Shown here: one piece after another, positions 9,527 through 21,015 of the stretch | Layout of the letters: the number at the start of each line of letters is the position of its first letter | Position numbering within the stretch: position 1 is the stretch's first letter | From: a bacterium | GTDB taxonomy: Bacteria > Babelota > Babeliae > Babelales > CAIQNR01 | DNA length: 41,441 bases | Assembly: GCA_947505805.1 (NCBI GenBank) | Contig: CANNMA010000003.1 | Span: 1 to 41,441 of the forward strand | Reading direction: 5' to 3' | Program-made: the position numbers and the translations under genes | Notes under the pieces: generated by a model | What the model saw: only the letters and a program-made list of their open reading frames with translations | What the model was told of the DNA's origin: nothing | The model's database searches: none

Positions 9527-11596
9527 ATGGCACTGGATTTAAAAAAACATAGAAATATTGGTATCGCCGCGCATATTGATGCGGGTAAGACTACGGTTAC
9601 TGAGCGTATTCTGTTTTATACTGGTATTTCTCACAAAATTGGTGAAGTTCATGAAGGCGAAGCTATCATGGACTGGATGGAGCAAGAAAAAGAGCGTGGA
9701 ATTACGATTCAAGCCGCTGCTATTACTTGTAACTGGAGAGGTTATAGTGTCAACATTATTGATACGCCGGGTCACGTAGATTTTACTATTGAAGTTGGGC
9801 GTTCATTGCGTGTTTTAGACGGTATGATTTCTGTCTTTTGTGGTGTTGCTGGTGTTCAGCCTCAATCCGAAACGGTTTGGCGGCAAGCAACTCGTTATAA
9901 TGTTCCCTCTATTGTTTTTGTTAACAAGATGGATCGTGTTGGCGCAGATTTTTTCCGCGTTGTTGAAGATATTAATGGTCGTTTGAATGGTCATGCTATT
10001 GCAATGCAAATTCCTATTGGTTCTTCTGAAAATTTTAGGGGCATTGTTGATGTATTAACTTCAACAATGGCTATTTTTAAAGAAGAAGATAGAGGAACAT
10101 TGGTAGAATGGGTTCCTGCGTCTCCAGAGTATGCTGATCAAATAGCTGAATTGCGTATAAAAATTATTGAACGTGCATGTGATTTTGATGATAATTTAGC
10201 TGAACGTTACCTTGATGGAAAAGATCTTGATATCGAAGAAATCAAAACAGCTTTGAGAAAAGGTGTTATTAAGCGTGAAGTTTTCCCTGCATTTTGTGGT
10301 TCAGCTTTTAAAAATAAAGGCGTTCAGGCTATGCTTGATGCTGTGCTTGATTATTTGCCGTCTCCTTTAGATGTTCCTGCTATTGTTGGAAAAGATCCTA
10401 TCTCTGATCAAGAACTGATCAGAAAAGCTGATATTAGTGAGCCGTTTTCGGGATTGGCGTTTAAGATTATGACAGATCCATTTGTTGGAACACTTTCATT
10501 CGTAAGGGTGTATTCTGGAACTCTGAAGTCAGGTTCATACGTTAAAAATGTAACCACTGGTACTAAAGAACGTGTAAGTCGTTTGATTAGAATGCATTCT
10601 AATAAGCGTGAAGAAATTGAGTCAGTTGATGCAGGTGATATTGCGGCGTTTGTAGGTTTGAAAGATATCAAAACAGGTGATTCTTTGGCTGATGAAAAAC
10701 ATCCAATTTTGCTTGAAAAAATTGACGTTCCTGTAGCAGTTATTTCATCTTCAGTTGAGCCAAAAAATAAGGGCGATTATGAAAAAATGATCTTAGCTCT
10801 TCGTAAAATGGCTCAGGAAGATCCTTCATTCAGATTGGCTTATAACGAAGAAACGGGTCAAACTGTTATTGCTGGTATGGGTGAGTTGCATCTTGAAATT
10901 CAAATTGATCGTCTTCGTCGTGAGCATAAAATTGAAGTTGAGCCTGGTAAACTACAAGTTGCTTATAAGGAAACCATTCAAAAACCTGTTGAAGTTGAAG
11001 GAAAATATATCAAACAATCAGGTGGTCGTGGTCAATATGGTCACGTGTGGTTAAAACTTGAGCCTCGTGAAAGGGGTCAAGGTTTTTTATTTGAAAACAA
11101 ACTCGTTGGTGGTTCTATTCCTAGAGAATTTGTTCCTGCAATTGAAAAAGGTCTTTTAGAGGCAGTTTCAAATGGTGCACTTGGTGGATATCCTGTAGTT
11201 GATGTTAAGGCTATAGCTTTTGATGGTTCGTATCATGACGTCGATTCTTCTGAAATTGCATTTAAAATAGCGGCAGCAATGGCATTTAAAGATGGCATGA
11301 AAAAAGCTTCTCCTGTTTTACTTGAACCAATAATGAAGGTTGAAGTTGAGACTCCAGAAGATTATCTAGGCGACGTAATGGGTGATTTAAATTCTCGTCG
11401 TGGTAGAATATTGGGAATGGAAGAAAAAAATAAAATTCAAATGATTCGTGCAGAAGTTCCTCTTAGAGAAATGTTGGGTGGTTATGCAACAACTCTTCGT
11501 TCGATGAGTAAGGGTCGTGCAAGTTATTCAATGGAATTTGAATGTTATCGTGAGATGCCAAAGAACGTTGAAGAAGAAGTTTTGGGTAAGAAATAA
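9527..11596 (+). CDS. fusA: Elongation factor G
   Basis: [34 protein letters not shown]. Confidence 0.99.
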   Translation: MALDLKKHRNIGIAAHIDAGKTTVTERILFYTGISHKIGEVHEGEAIMDWMEQEKERGITIQAAAITCNWRGYSVNIIDTPGHVDFTIEVGRSLRVLDGMISVFCGVAGVQPQSETVWRQATRYNVPSIVFVNKMDRVGADFFRVVEDINGRLNGHAIAMQIPIGSSENFRGIVDVLTSTMAIFKEEDRGTLVEWVPASPEYADQIAELRIKIIERACDFDDNLAERYLDGKDLDIEEIKTALRKGVIKREVFPAFCGSAFKNKGVQAMLDAVLDYLPSPLDVPAIVGKDPISDQELIRKADISEPFSGLAFKIMTDPFVGTLSFVRVYSGTLKSGSYVKNVTTGTKERVSRLIRMHSNKREEIESVDAGDIAAFVGLKDIKTGDSLADEKHPILLEKIDVPVAVISSSVEPKNKGDYEKMILALRKMAQEDPSFRLAYNEETGQTVIAGMGELHLEIQIDRLRREHKIEVEPGKLQVAYKETIQKPVEVEGKYIKQSGGRGQYGHVWLKLEPRERGQGFLFENKLVGGSIPREFVPAIEKGLLEAVSNGALGGYPVVDVKAIAFDGSYHDVDSSEIAFKIAAAMAFKDGMKKASPVLLEPIMKVEVETPEDYLGDVMGDLNSRRGRILGMEEKNKIQMIRAEVPLREMLGGYATTLRSMSKGRASYSMEFECYREMPKNVEEEVLGKK

Positions 11597-11631
11597 AGTA
11601 GGTAAATTTAAGAAATTGTCAGGAGTTAGAC

Positions 11632-12816
11632 ATGGCAAGAGATATATTTGAACGTAAAAAACCGCATATTAATATCGGTACAATTGGTCACGTTGATCAT
11701 GGTAAAACAACTTTAACTGCAGCTATAACAAAAGTTTTAGCTGATCGTGGTATGGCAAAATTCAAAGCATTTGATGAAATTGATAATGCTCCAGAAGAAA
11801 AAGCACGTGGTATTACCATTGCAACATCTCACGTGGAATATGAAACTGTAAATCGTCATTATGCCCATGTTGACTGTCCAGGTCACGCTGACTATGTTAA
11901 AAACATGATCACAGGTGCAGCTCAAATGGATGGCGCAATTCTCGTTGTTTCAGCAGCAGATGGTGCTATGCCTCAAACAAAAGAACACGTCTTATTGGCA
12001 AAAAATATTGGTGTTCCAGCCCTTGTCGTATTCTTGAATAAAGTTGATATGGTTGATGATCCTGACATGGTTGATATGGTTGAAGAAGAAATCAGAGAAC
12101 TTTTGACTAAGTATGATTTTCCTGGCGCAACTATTCCAGTTGTTCGTGGTTCAGCATTAAAAGCGTTGAGCGGTGAACAAGCAGGCGTTGATTCAATTTT
12201 AAAACTAATGGAAGCTGTTGATACCGCTATTCCTACACCTGCTCGTGATATTGACAAAGATTTCTTAATGCCTATTGAAGGTGTGTTTACTATTTCTGGT
12301 CGTGGAACAGTAGCAACTGGTCGAATTGAACGTGGTAAAGTTAAAATTGGTGAAGAAATTGAGCTTATTGGTTTAGGTAAACTTTTCAAAACAACTGTTA
12401 CAGGTGTTGAAATGTTTAAAAAAACAATGACTGAAGGACTTGCTGGTGAAAACGTTGGTATTCTTCTTCGTGGTATTAAGAAAGAAGATATTGAACGTGG
12501 TATGGTTGCTGCAAAACCTGGCAGTATTAAGCCACATAAAAAATTCAAGGCTCAAATTTATGTTTTGAGTAAAGAAGAAGGTGGTCGTCATAGTCCATTT
12601 TTTACAGGATATCGTCCTCAGTTCTATTTTAGAACGACAGACGTTACTGGCGTAGTAACACTTGAAGCTGGCAGAGAAATGGTTATGCCTGGTGATAACG
12701 TTACTATTTCTGTTGAATTGATTACATCAATTGCAATGGAAAAAGATTTGCATTTTGCAATTCGTGAAGGTGGTAGAACAGTTGGGTCCGGTGTTGTAAC
12801 TGAGATCATTGCGTAG
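11632..12816 (+). CDS. tuf: Elongation factor Tu
   Basis: [39 protein letters not shown]. Confidence 0.99.
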   Translation: MARDIFERKKPHINIGTIGHVDHGKTTLTAAITKVLADRGMAKFKAFDEIDNAPEEKARGITIATSHVEYETVNRHYAHVDCPGHADYVKNMITGAAQMDGAILVVSAADGAMPQTKEHVLLAKNIGVPALVVFLNKVDMVDDPDMVDMVEEEIRELLTKYDFPGATIPVVRGSALKALSGEQAGVDSILKLMEAVDTAIPTPARDIDKDFLMPIEGVFTISGRGTVATGRIERGKVKIGEEIELIGLGKLFKTTVTGVEMFKKTMTEGLAGENVGILLRGIKKEDIERGMVAAKPGSIKPHKKFKAQIYVLSKEEGGRHSPFFTGYRPQFYFRTTDVTGVVTLEAGREMVMPGDNVTISVELITSIAMEKDLHFAIREGGRTVGSGVVTEIIA

Positions 12817-12825
12817 GAACTGCAA

Positions 12826-13131
12826 ATGAAAAAAACAAAAATACGTTTAACGCTTAAATCATATGATCATCAGTTACTAGATAAGGCAGTTAAGACTATC
12901 TGTTTGACAGCAAAGAGGACTGGCGCATTGCTCGTTGGTCCTGTTCCAATGCCGAATAGAAAACGTTGTTTTACTGTGTTACGTTCTCCTCATATTGACA
13001 AAAAGTCTCGTGAGCAGTTTGAATTGACCACTCATCGACGTATTCTTGATATTGTTTCTCCATCAGATCAAACGATGGACGCTTTAATGAAGCTAACAAT
13101 ATCATCTGGTGTTGATGTTGAAATTAAATAG
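12826..13131 (+). CDS. rpsJ: 30S ribosomal protein S10
   Basis: [20 protein letters not shown]. Confidence 0.99.
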   Translation: MKKTKIRLTLKSYDHQLLDKAVKTICLTAKRTGALLVGPVPMPNRKRCFTVLRSPHIDKKSREQFELTTHRRILDIVSPSDQTMDALMKLTISSGVDVEIK

Positions 13132-13171
13132 TTGTGAGTGATTAAATTTAAGAAATAGAGGAAGGTTCACC

Positions 13172-13795
13172 ATGGTAAGTGGTTTTTATGGGAAAAAAAT
13201 TGGGATGACTCAGCTTTTTTCCGAGAACCAAGTTATTCCTGTAACAATAATCGATGTTTCGTCTTGGTATGTTATTGATATTAAGACTCAAGAACGTGAT
13301 GGTTATTGTGCTGTTCAGCTTGCAAAAACAAGAAAACGTTTTGAGGGTGAAGTATTTGCCCCAGAATGGTTGAAAAATAAAAAGCATTACTTCTTGTATG
13401 TACGAGAAGTTCGTTTAACACAAGCTCCTGAAGGAGTTATTGTTGGCGCAGCTGTTGATTTTTTCAAGTCTTTTGCATCAGGAGAATTTGTTGATGTTAC
13501 TGGCGTAACAAAAGGATGTGGTTTTGCGGGTGTTATGCGTAAGCATAATTATGCTGGTGGTGGTAATAGTCATGGTAACATGATGGGAAGACGCCCAGGA
13601 TCGATTGGATCGCTCACAAAAAGTGGACACGTTATTAAGGGAAAAGGACTTCCTGGACATATGGGTGTTGATAAGCGAACAATTCAAAATCTTGAAGTGA
13701 TAAAAGTAATTACAGAAAGTAACGCTATTGCGATCAAAGGTTCGGTACCGGGCAAATCAGGATCCTTAGTGTTTGTTCGCAAAAGGTTGGGGTAA
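13172..13795 (+). CDS. rplC: 50S ribosomal protein L3
   Basis: GKKIGMTQ, RRPGSIG, PGHMG; operon position. Confidence 0.98.
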   Translation: MVSGFYGKKIGMTQLFSENQVIPVTIIDVSSWYVIDIKTQERDGYCAVQLAKTRKRFEGEVFAPEWLKNKKHYFLYVREVRLTQAPEGVIVGAAVDFFKSFASGEFVDVTGVTKGCGFAGVMRKHNYAGGGNSHGNMMGRRPGSIGSLTKSGHVIKGKGLPGHMGVDKRTIQNLEVIKVITESNAIAIKGSVPGKSGSLVFVRKRLG

Positions 13796-13798
13796 GAC

Positions 13799-14458
13799 AT
13801 GAGTGACCGAAAAGTTGCATCAAAAAATCAAGAACAAATAGTAGGGGCTAAATTTATAACTCCAGCTGATTTGGGTCTTGACATAGAGGTGCAGGATGTA
13901 CTTGCTCCAGAAGCGTTTGCAACATGCGTTAGAGGTTTCTTGCAAAATAATAGGCAAGGAACTGTGGGTTGTAAAACTCGTGCAGAAGTAAGTGGTTCTA
14001 ATAAGAAGCCATGGAAACAAAAAGGAACAGGACGAGCTCGTGCTGGTGCTAGAACTTCTCCATTATGGCGTGGCGGTGGTATTATTTTTGGACCACAATC
14101 TCGTGATAGAAAGATTAAAATTACAAAAAGTTTAAGAAGAGCTGTTGCAAGGGATTTATTAAAAACTGTACTTCAAGAACAAAGACTTGTGCTTTTGGAT
14201 TGGGAAATGTCTAATTCTATTCCAAAAACAAGAGAAGCTTTTGCTGTATTGCGTGAAAGAAATTTACATACTGCAATTGTGAATGTTTTTCTTTCTGCTG
14301 CAGATGTTTTGACTATTGCTTCATTTGCTAACATTCCTTCAGTCAGAATAATTTATTTCGATGCTCCAAATGTATATGCTTTGGCGGATGCTCAGTATTG
14401 GGTTGTTTGCAAAAAAGATATTGATGCATTTAAGAGTATGTCAGAGCAATGGAAGTAA
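13799..14458 (+). CDS. rplD: 50S ribosomal protein L4
   Basis: KPWKQKGTGRARAG, SPLWRGGG. Confidence 0.98.
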   Translation: MSDRKVASKNQEQIVGAKFITPADLGLDIEVQDVLAPEAFATCVRGFLQNNRQGTVGCKTRAEVSGSNKKPWKQKGTGRARAGARTSPLWRGGGIIFGPQSRDRKIKITKSLRRAVARDLLKTVLQEQRLVLLDWEMSNSIPKTREAFAVLRERNLHTAIVNVFLSAADVLTIASFANIPSVRIIYFDAPNVYALADAQYWVVCKKDIDAFKSMSEQWK

Positions 14459-14473
14459 TGGGAGGCGAATATT

Positions 14474-14821
14474 ATGAAATTAACAGTTTATGACGTTATT
14501 ATGGGGCCTGTAATTACAGAAAAAGCTCATAAGATGAATAGTCTTTTGCAGCAATTGGTAATACGTGTACATGTACATGCAAATAAACCAATGGTTCGTG
14601 AAGCATTAGAGAAAATTTTTAACGTAAAAGTTGAAAAAGTCCGTATTATAATACGTAAACCAAAAGCTCGCATTGTCAATCGTTATCCAGTAAAAGGCCG
14701 TACTATGAAAAAAGCTATCATTACGCTTAAACAGGGATACTCTATCGATGCATTTGGGCAAGCGGGCGGTGGCACAGTGGTTTTAGATAAACAACAACGT
14801 GAACATGCGGCTCAGGAGTAA
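14474..14821 (+). CDS. rplW: 50S ribosomal protein L23
   Basis: PVITEKA, ANK, KKAIITL; C-terminal extension. Confidence 0.96.
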   Translation: MKLTVYDVIMGPVITEKAHKMNSLLQQLVIRVHVHANKPMVREALEKIFNVKVEKVRIIIRKPKARIVNRYPVKGRTMKKAIITLKQGYSIDAFGQAGGGTVVLDKQQREHAAQE

Positions 14822-14826
14822 GAAAC

Positions 14827-15657
14827 ATGACGATTATAAAAAGAAAACCTAGAAATCCTTCACTTCGTTTCCAAACATTTTTGTCATCAGCTGATATTAC
14901 AACAACTACACCAGAAAAAAGTTTAGTTGTTGGATTAAAAAGAAAAGCTGGTCGTAATGCGTATGGAAGAATTACAGTAAGACATCGCGGGGGCGGAGCT
15001 CAAAAAAGTTATCGAGTTATTGATTTTAAAAGATCTGTTCGAGATGTGGAAGGAACGGTTACCACTGTTGAGTATGATCCAAATCGTAATGTTCGTATTG
15101 GATTAGTTGTTTACAGGAATGGTGTTAAAGCTTATATTTTGCTGCCAGAAACAGTAAAAGTTGGTTCTTCTATACAATCCGGACAAGATGTTGAAGCAAA
15201 GCCTGGAAATGCTATGCCATTGAGAAAAATTCCAGTTGGTTTCACTATTCATAATATTGAAGTGCGGCCTGGAGAAGGTGGAACGTTTGCTCGTAGTGCT
15301 GGTACATCAGCACAGTTGATGGCTAAATCTGGTGAATATGCTACATTGAAAATGCCATCAGGTGAAATTAGATTAGTTCATCTTGATTGTTGGGCTACAA
15401 TTGGTGTTTTGGGTAATGCAGATTACAAAAATATTTGTTGGGGTAAAGCAGGACGTACTCGTCAGCGTGGTTTTAGGCCATCTGTTCGTGGTATGGCTAT
15501 GAACCCTGTTGATCATCCTCACGGTGGTGGTGAAGGTCGTTCAAAATCTGGTTCTCATCCTCAAACTCCTTGGGGTAAAGGATGTAAGGGTACTCGAACA
15601 CGTAAAAAGGTTAATCCTTGTATTTTAAGAAGACGTAAGTCGAGAAAAGAAAAATAA
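14827..15657 (+). CDS. rplB: 50S ribosomal protein L2
   Basis: GRITVRHRGGG, EYDPNR, AMNPVDHPHGGGEG. Confidence 0.99.
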   Translation: MTIIKRKPRNPSLRFQTFLSSADITTTTPEKSLVVGLKRKAGRNAYGRITVRHRGGGAQKSYRVIDFKRSVRDVEGTVTTVEYDPNRNVRIGLVVYRNGVKAYILLPETVKVGSSIQSGQDVEAKPGNAMPLRKIPVGFTIHNIEVRPGEGGTFARSAGTSAQLMAKSGEYATLKMPSGEIRLVHLDCWATIGVLGNADYKNICWGKAGRTRQRGFRPSVRGMAMNPVDHPHGGGEGRSKSGSHPQTPWGKGCKGTRTRKKVNPCILRRRKSRKEK

Positions 15658-15685
15658 CGTAACTCATTACGAATAGAGAAAGATT

Positions 15686-15973
15686 ATGAGCCGATCTACG
15701 AGAAAAGGTCCTTTTGTTGATGCAACACTTTTAGAAAAAGTGCTTGCGGCAAAAACCGATAAAAAAAGTGAACCAATAAAAACATGGTCACGCAGAAGTA
15801 TGGTAACTCCAGAATTTGTTGGAATGACGATTGCTGTGCATAATGGTAAAAAGTTTATTTCGGTTTTTGTTACTGAAGATATGGTTGGGCATTATTTGGG
15901 TGAATTTTCACCTACAAGAACATTTCGTTTGCATAGCGGTCAGCGTAAAGCTGGGGTTGCTGCAAAGGAATAA
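15686..15973 (+). CDS. rpsS: 30S ribosomal protein S19
   Basis: KGPFVD, KTWSRRS, HNGK, GEFSPTR. Confidence 0.99.
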   Translation: MSRSTRKGPFVDATLLEKVLAAKTDKKSEPIKTWSRRSMVTPEFVGMTIAVHNGKKFISVFVTEDMVGHYLGEFSPTRTFRLHSGQRKAGVAAKE

Positions 15974-16018
15974 TTTAGGTACACTAATAAGCACCAATAC
16001 AGTGAATTTGAGGCAATT

Positions 16019-16372
16019 ATGCAATTTAAAGCGTTAGTAAAACAGATACCAATTTCTCCTTATAAGCTTCGACCATACGTTGAAGGTGTTCGTGGGAAAG
16101 ATGTATCGTATGCAATACAGTTATTGATGACACAAGCCCTTAAGCGGGTTGTGCCTATCAGAAAGCTTATTCAGTCAGCTGCTGCCAATGCAAAAAACAG
16201 GCAGGGGATTGAAATAGGAGATCTTTTTGTTAGAGAAATCAGGGTTGATCAAGGTAAAATTTTTAAATACTTCAAACCTGGTTCTATGGGAAGAGCGGCT
16301 GCTCAGCGTAAGCGGTTTAGCCATATAAGTGTTGTTTTAGAAGTTAAAAACAGTTTGAGTAAAGAGGCTTAG
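16019..16372 (+). CDS. rplV: 50S ribosomal protein L22
   Basis: ISPYKLR, SAAANA, SHISVV; operon position. Confidence 0.97.
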   Translation: MQFKALVKQIPISPYKLRPYVEGVRGKDVSYAIQLLMTQALKRVVPIRKLIQSAAANAKNRQGIEIGDLFVREIRVDQGKIFKYFKPGSMGRAAAQRKRFSHISVVLEVKNSLSKEA

Positions 16373-16373
16373 T

Positions 16374-17009
16374 GTGGGACAAAAAGTTAACCCTCGCGGG
16401 TTTCGAGTAGGTGTATATAGTGATTGGTATGGGCGTTGGTTTGCTCGTGGCAATAATTATGGAGATCAACTCTTAGAAGATGTGCAAATAAGAAAGTATA
16501 TTACTACTGAGCTTAAGCATGCTGAAGTTGCTCGCGTTGAAATTGAAAAAGCTGGAGATAATGTTCGCGTTATTTTGCATTCTGCTCGTCCTGGTCTTAT
16601 TATTGGAAAAAAGGGACAAGAGATTGATGGATTGCGTAAAGGTATTGCGAAACTTATTAAAAAAAATGGTATAGAAATTTCTGTTCAAGAAGTGAAAACT
16701 CCTGAATTAGATGCAATGCTTGTAGCTAAAAGTATAGCTGAACAATTAGAAAAACGTTCTAGTTATAAAAAAGTTATGAAACGTTCATCCGCTTTAGCTT
16801 TAAGAGCTGGTGCTAAAGGTATTAAAATTTGTTGTTCTGGCCGTTTAAATGGTGCCGAAATTGCTCGTCGTGAATGGGTTAGAATAGGATCAGTTCCTCT
16901 TCATACTCTGAGAGCTGACATCGATTATGGTGTTGCAAGAGCCAATACAACATTCGGAGTTATTGGCGTTAAAGTTTGGATCAGTAAGGGTGAATACAGC
17001 TTTGTTTAA
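16374..17009 (+). CDS. rpsC: 30S ribosomal protein S3
   Basis: GQKVNP, RPGLIIGKKG, PLHTLRADIDY; GTG start. Confidence 0.99.
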   Translation: MGQKVNPRGFRVGVYSDWYGRWFARGNNYGDQLLEDVQIRKYITTELKHAEVARVEIEKAGDNVRVILHSARPGLIIGKKGQEIDGLRKGIAKLIKKNGIEISVQEVKTPELDAMLVAKSIAEQLEKRSSYKKVMKRSSALALRAGAKGIKICCSGRLNGAEIARREWVRIGSVPLHTLRADIDYGVARANTTFGVIGVKVWISKGEYSFV

Positions 17010-17027
17010 AGTAGTAGAGAGATTATT

Positions 17028-17492
17028 ATGTTAATGCCTAAAAAAACAAAGTACCGTAAGGTACAGAGAGGTACCATGAAGGGGCTCTCAAAAGGCTGCA
17101 GAACAGTTGATTTTGGTGATTTTGGATTAGAAGCCATTGAGCCTGCTTGGGTCACTGCGCAGCAAATAGAAGCTATTCGTGTGTCTATGTCTCGTAAGCT
17201 AAAAAAAGAAGGTAAGTTTTTTATCCGTCTTTTTCCGGATAAGCCTGTTACAAAAAAACCAGCTGAAACACGTATGGGTAAGGGTAAGGGTAATCCAGAG
17301 CTTTGGGTTGCGGTTGTTAAAAGAGGGCGTGTAATTTGTGAAATTAGCGGTGTCACTGAAAGTCGTGCTCGTGAAGTTTTCAAAACAGCGTCATCAAAGC
17401 TTCCTTTAAAGACAAAATTTGTTAAAAAAATTACAGAGCAACAATCGGTAGTTAAAGAAATAACCAACGAGGGGCAAACCAATGAAGCATAA
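17028..17492 (+). CDS. rplP: 50S ribosomal protein L16
   Basis: [18 protein letters not shown]; C-terminal extension overlaps rpmC. Confidence 0.99.
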   Translation: MLMPKKTKYRKVQRGTMKGLSKGCRTVDFGDFGLEAIEPAWVTAQQIEAIRVSMSRKLKKEGKFFIRLFPDKPVTKKPAETRMGKGKGNPELWVAVVKRGRVICEISGVTESRAREVFKTASSKLPLKTKFVKKITEQQSVVKEITNEGQTNEA

Positions 17493-17703
17493 TTTTGCTC
17501 AAGTGTTGCGAGACATGAAGATTGAGGAATTGCAAAAACATATTGATGAGCTTCGTCAAGCGTTGTTTAGTCTTCGTTTGAATTTAGTTACATCTCATGT
17601 AAAAGATGTTTCTCAATTTAAAAAGTTACGTCGTACCATTGCTCGTGGGTTGACTGTTTTAGGTGAAAAGCAAAATGCATCATCTAGCGAAAGAGTACAA
17701 TAA
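17482..17703 (+). CDS. rpmC: 50S ribosomal protein L29
   Basis: LFSLRL...RRTIARGLT; operon position. Confidence 0.95.
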   Translation: MKHNFAQVLRDMKIEELQKHIDELRQALFSLRLNLVTSHVKDVSQFKKLRRTIARGLTVLGEKQNASSSERVQ

Positions 17704-18008
17704 TGAGTAAAGATGTCGTAGCAAAAAAAATAAAAACTCAAAAACTATTTGTTGGGGAAGTGGTTTCTGACAAAATGGACAAGACTGTTGTTGTTACAAC
17801 AACTCGTACAGTTAAGCATCCAGTTTTTGGTAAAGTTTTGAAAAAGACAAAAAAGTATAAAGTGCATGATCCTCTTCAACAAGCTCATGTAGGTGATGTT
17901 GTTGAATTTTTCGAAGGTCGTCCTGTTTCTAAAACAAAATATATGTATTTAGCTCGAATTATTGAAAGAGTTGGTTCAGATATTATTATTAAACAAGACT
18001 TGGAGTAA
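17703..18008 (+). CDS. rpsQ: 30S ribosomal protein S17
   Basis: GEVVSDKMDKTVVV, HPVFGK, RPVSKTK. Confidence 0.98.
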   Translation: MSKDVVAKKIKTQKLFVGEVVSDKMDKTVVVTTTRTVKHPVFGKVLKKTKKYKVHDPLQQAHVGDVVEFFEGRPVSKTKYMYLARIIERVGSDIIIKQDLE

Positions 18009-18014
18009 GCAGCT

Positions 18015-18392
18015 ATGTTACAGAAACAATCCTATTTAGAAGTTGCCGATAATTCAGGGGCAAAACTTTTGCAATGCATCCATGTTATTGGAAGTACAAG
18101 AAAGCGTTATGCGTACTTAGGTGATATGATTAAATGCGCTGTTAAAAGTGCAATTCCTGGCGGTATAGTAAAAAAGAGTGATGTTGTTACAGTAGTTATT
18201 GTTCGGACTAGAAAAGAATTTAGACGTGATGATGGTAGTTATATCCGATTTGGTGAAAACGCTGGCGTTATCATTAAAGATGGTGAGCCATTAGCGTCGC
18301 GTATTTTCGGTCCTGTTGCTCGAGAACTTCGTCCTCGTCCTGGTTATAAGGGGTATCCGAAGATCGTTTCTTTAGCTGCAGAAGTTGTGTAG
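18015..18392 (+). CDS. rplN: 50S ribosomal protein L14
   Basis: [25 protein letters not shown]. Confidence 0.99.
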   Translation: MLQKQSYLEVADNSGAKLLQCIHVIGSTRKRYAYLGDMIKCAVKSAIPGGIVKKSDVVTVVIVRTRKEFRRDDGSYIRFGENAGVIIKDGEPLASRIFGPVARELRPRPGYKGYPKIVSLAAEVV

Positions 18393-18410
18393 GTTGGGGG
18401 TCGATTAATT

Positions 18411-18722
18411 ATGATGCGCATTAGAAAAAATGACACGGTTCGTGTAATGTCTGGCAAAGACAAAGGTAAAGAAGGTATTGTTCTTACCGTTTTGCCTAAA
18501 AAAGAAAAAGTAAAAGTGGCGGGAGTGGCGATTGTTACTCGTCATTTAAAAGCTCGTAAGCAAGGGGAAGTTTCTCGAATTAAAAAAGAAGAAGCTTTCA
18601 TTTATCTTTCAAAGATTATGCCTGTTTGTGGCTCTTGCAAAAAAGCATGTCGCGTTGGAATAAAAACTTTAGAAAATGGATCATCTGCTCGTGTATGCAT
18701 GCGTTGCAAAGAGATTATGTAA
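18411..18722 (+). CDS. rplX: 50S ribosomal protein L24
   Basis: KOW motif DTVRVMSGKDKGKEG; C-terminal CxxC...CxxC. Confidence 0.97.
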   Translation: MMRIRKNDTVRVMSGKDKGKEGIVLTVLPKKEKVKVAGVAIVTRHLKARKQGEVSRIKKEEAFIYLSKIMPVCGSCKKACRVGIKTLENGSSARVCMRCKEIM

Positions 18723-18743
18723 AGGTGATGCAAGGGAATAATA

Positions 18744-19301
18744 ATGGCAAAATCTAGATTTGATGAAAAATATTATACAACATTACGTGCTGATTTACAG
18801 AAAAAATTAGCGCTTAAAAATATTATGGAAGTTCCAAAAATTTCTAAAATAGTTTTGAATGTTGGTGTAAAAGAAGCTGTAAATGATAGCCGTATACTAC
18901 AACATGTAAGTAAGATTCTTGCTTCTATTTCTGGGCAGGCTCCTGTCATAACAAAAGCAAGAAAATCAATTGCTGGTTTTAAAATTCGCGAAGGCATGCC
19001 TATTGGTGTGATGGTAACATTACGTCGAAGAGTTATGTATGAATTTTTAGATCGCTTGATTAATGTCGCATTACCAAATGTCCGTGATTTTCGTGGTGTA
19101 AAAACTACATTTGATTCCTCAGGAAACTATAATCTTGGTATTAAGGAATGGTCAGTTTTCCCAGAAGCTCAAGCAGTTTCTTTTGATAAAGTGCATGGTA
19201 TGAACATTACAATTTGTACTTCTGCAGCAAATGGTGAGCAGACACAAGCGCTACTTACGGGATTTAACATGCCGTTTGCTCTGAAAACAAATAAAAAATA
19301 G
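18744..19301 (+). CDS. rplE: 50S ribosomal protein L5
   Basis: KIVLNVG, SIAGFKIREG, LPNVRDFRG. Confidence 0.98.
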   Translation: MAKSRFDEKYYTTLRADLQKKLALKNIMEVPKISKIVLNVGVKEAVNDSRILQHVSKILASISGQAPVITKARKSIAGFKIREGMPIGVMVTLRRRVMYEFLDRLINVALPNVRDFRGVKTTFDSSGNYNLGIKEWSVFPEAQAVSFDKVHGMNITICTSAANGEQTQALLTGFNMPFALKTNKK

Positions 19302-19313
19302 GTATTAAGACAC

Positions 19314-19619
19314 ATGGCAAAAAAATCTTCTGTTGAAAAAAATAATAGGCGTCGTTTATTAGTTGATCGCTATAAAGAAAAAAGAGCAGCATTGAAAGCG
19401 ATTATAAAAAGTCAAAGTTCATCTATGCAGCAACGTTTGGAAGCTCAAGATCAACTTTCCGCTTTGCCTCGTAATTCGAGTGCTGTTCGTGTTCGTAATC
19501 GATGTGCGTTAACTGGTCGTGCTCGTGCATATATGGGATTCTTTAAGCTTTCACGTATTATGTTTAGAGAATTGGCCTTACAGGGTGTATTGCCTGGTGT
19601 TAAGAAAACAAGCTGGTAG
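19314..19619 (+). CDS. rpsN: 30S ribosomal protein S14 (long, zinc-independent type)
   Basis: 101 aa, RNRCALTGRAR, LPGVKKTSW; no four-Cys ribbon. Confidence 0.98.
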   Translation: MAKKSSVEKNNRRRLLVDRYKEKRAALKAIIKSQSSSMQQRLEAQDQLSALPRNSSAVRVRNRCALTGRARAYMGFFKLSRIMFRELALQGVLPGVKKTSW

Positions 19620-19634
19620 TGAGAGGGGTCTACA

Positions 19635-20045
19635 ATGTCAATAGATACAATTGGAAATTTTCTTACAGTTTTACGCAATAGAATTATGGTCTCAAGTCCT
19701 TATGCTGTTGCTGATTACTCAAAGATGAATGCGGAAATAGCACGTATTTTAAAAGAAGAAGGCTTTGTCAAAGATGTACAAGTATTTGAAGAGCAAGAGG
19801 GTAGGCTTTTAAAGAAGTCGCTGAAAGTTTTTTTTAAATATGTTCAAGGTGAGTCTGTGATGCATGAAATTACGCGAGTAAGTAAGCCAAGCAGACGCAT
19901 GTATGCTAAAGTAAAAAATTTAAAACCAGTAATCAATGGATTAGGGATTGTTATTCTTTCTACTAATCGCGGTATTATGACTGATAAACAAGCAAAAGCG
20001 AGTAATCTTCGTGTAGGCGGGGAAGTACTTTGTACCGTTTGGTAG
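19635..20045 (+). CDS. rpsH: 30S ribosomal protein S8
   Basis: ILKEEGF, VSKPSRR, LSTNRGIMTD, GGEVLC. Confidence 0.98.
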   Translation: MSIDTIGNFLTVLRNRIMVSSPYAVADYSKMNAEIARILKEEGFVKDVQVFEEQEGRLLKKSLKVFFKYVQGESVMHEITRVSKPSRRMYAKVKNLKPVINGLGIVILSTNRGIMTDKQAKASNLRVGGEVLCTVW

Positions 20046-20054
20046 AGGAAGCAT

Positions 20055-20594
20055 ATGTCAAAAGTTGGAAGAAGACCGATAAAATTGAACGATGTTAAAA
20101 TTCAAATTGATGGTCAAGAAATTAAATATACAGGTAAATGTGCTTCTGGTACTCATCTAATACCGGACGTATTAGAAATTAAATATGAAAACAATGAGGT
20201 ATCGCTTGTTCCTCGTAAAATAACTCGAGAAAGCAAATGTTTCTGGGGATTGCATAGAGCTTTACTTGCAAATAAAATTGAAGGTGCTCAAAAGCCGTTT
20301 GAAAAACAAGTTCAAATAGTTGGTCTTGGTTATAAAGCGATTCCTAAAGGAAGTATCGTTGAATTTTCGCTTGGGTATAGTCATAAAATTGATTTTGATT
20401 TACCTAAGGGAGTTACGCTTGAAGTTGATAAAGTAGGTCAATTGTTAACTCTCAAGTCTACGGATAAAGAGCTTTTGGGGCAAACTTGTGGACAGTTGCG
20501 TTTTTTACGTCCAGTTGAACCGTACAAGGGTACAGGAATTCGTCTTACTACTGATGTTGTAATTCGTAAAACTGGTAAAACTAAAGCTGGATGA
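20055..20594 (+). CDS. rplF: 50S ribosomal protein L6
   Basis: MSKVGRRP, LGYSH, EPYKGTGI. Confidence 0.98.
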   Translation: MSKVGRRPIKLNDVKIQIDGQEIKYTGKCASGTHLIPDVLEIKYENNEVSLVPRKITRESKCFWGLHRALLANKIEGAQKPFEKQVQIVGLGYKAIPKGSIVEFSLGYSHKIDFDLPKGVTLEVDKVGQLLTLKSTDKELLGQTCGQLRFLRPVEPYKGTGIRLTTDVVIRKTGKTKAG

Positions 20595-20630
20595 TAAAAG
20601 AATCTCATTAGTAACAATAAGGATTAAAAC

Positions 20631-20984
20631 GTGTCTATTCACCGTAAAATTAAAAATAGTAAAAAGCGAAGAGCTTTGCATGTACGTAATCGTTTACGTC
20701 AGGATAGCACTCTTCCACGTATTTCGATATTTAGAAGTTTGCGTTATGTTTATGCGCAAATTATTGATGATGTTCAGCAACATACACTGGTTAGTTATTC
20801 ATCCTTAGAGGTGGATGCGAAGGTTAAAAAAACTGAAATCGCAAAGATTGTGGGTAAAGAATTAGCTAAGCGTGCTCTTGAAAAGGGTATTAAGCAGGTC
20901 TGTTTTGATAGAGGTAGATTTCTTTATCACGGTCGTGTGAAAGCGCTTGCTGAAGGGGCTCGTGAAGGCGGCTTACAATTTTAG
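20631..20984 (+). CDS. rplR: 50S ribosomal protein L18
   Basis: YAQIIDD, FDRGRFLYHGRVKALAEGAREGGL; GTG start. Confidence 0.98.
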   Translation: MSIHRKIKNSKKRRALHVRNRLRQDSTLPRISIFRSLRYVYAQIIDDVQQHTLVSYSSLEVDAKVKKTEIAKIVGKELAKRALEKGIKQVCFDRGRFLYHGRVKALAEGAREGGLQF

Positions 20985-21015
20985 GATTAGTATAATCTAG
21001 TAAGGAATAAAAAGA

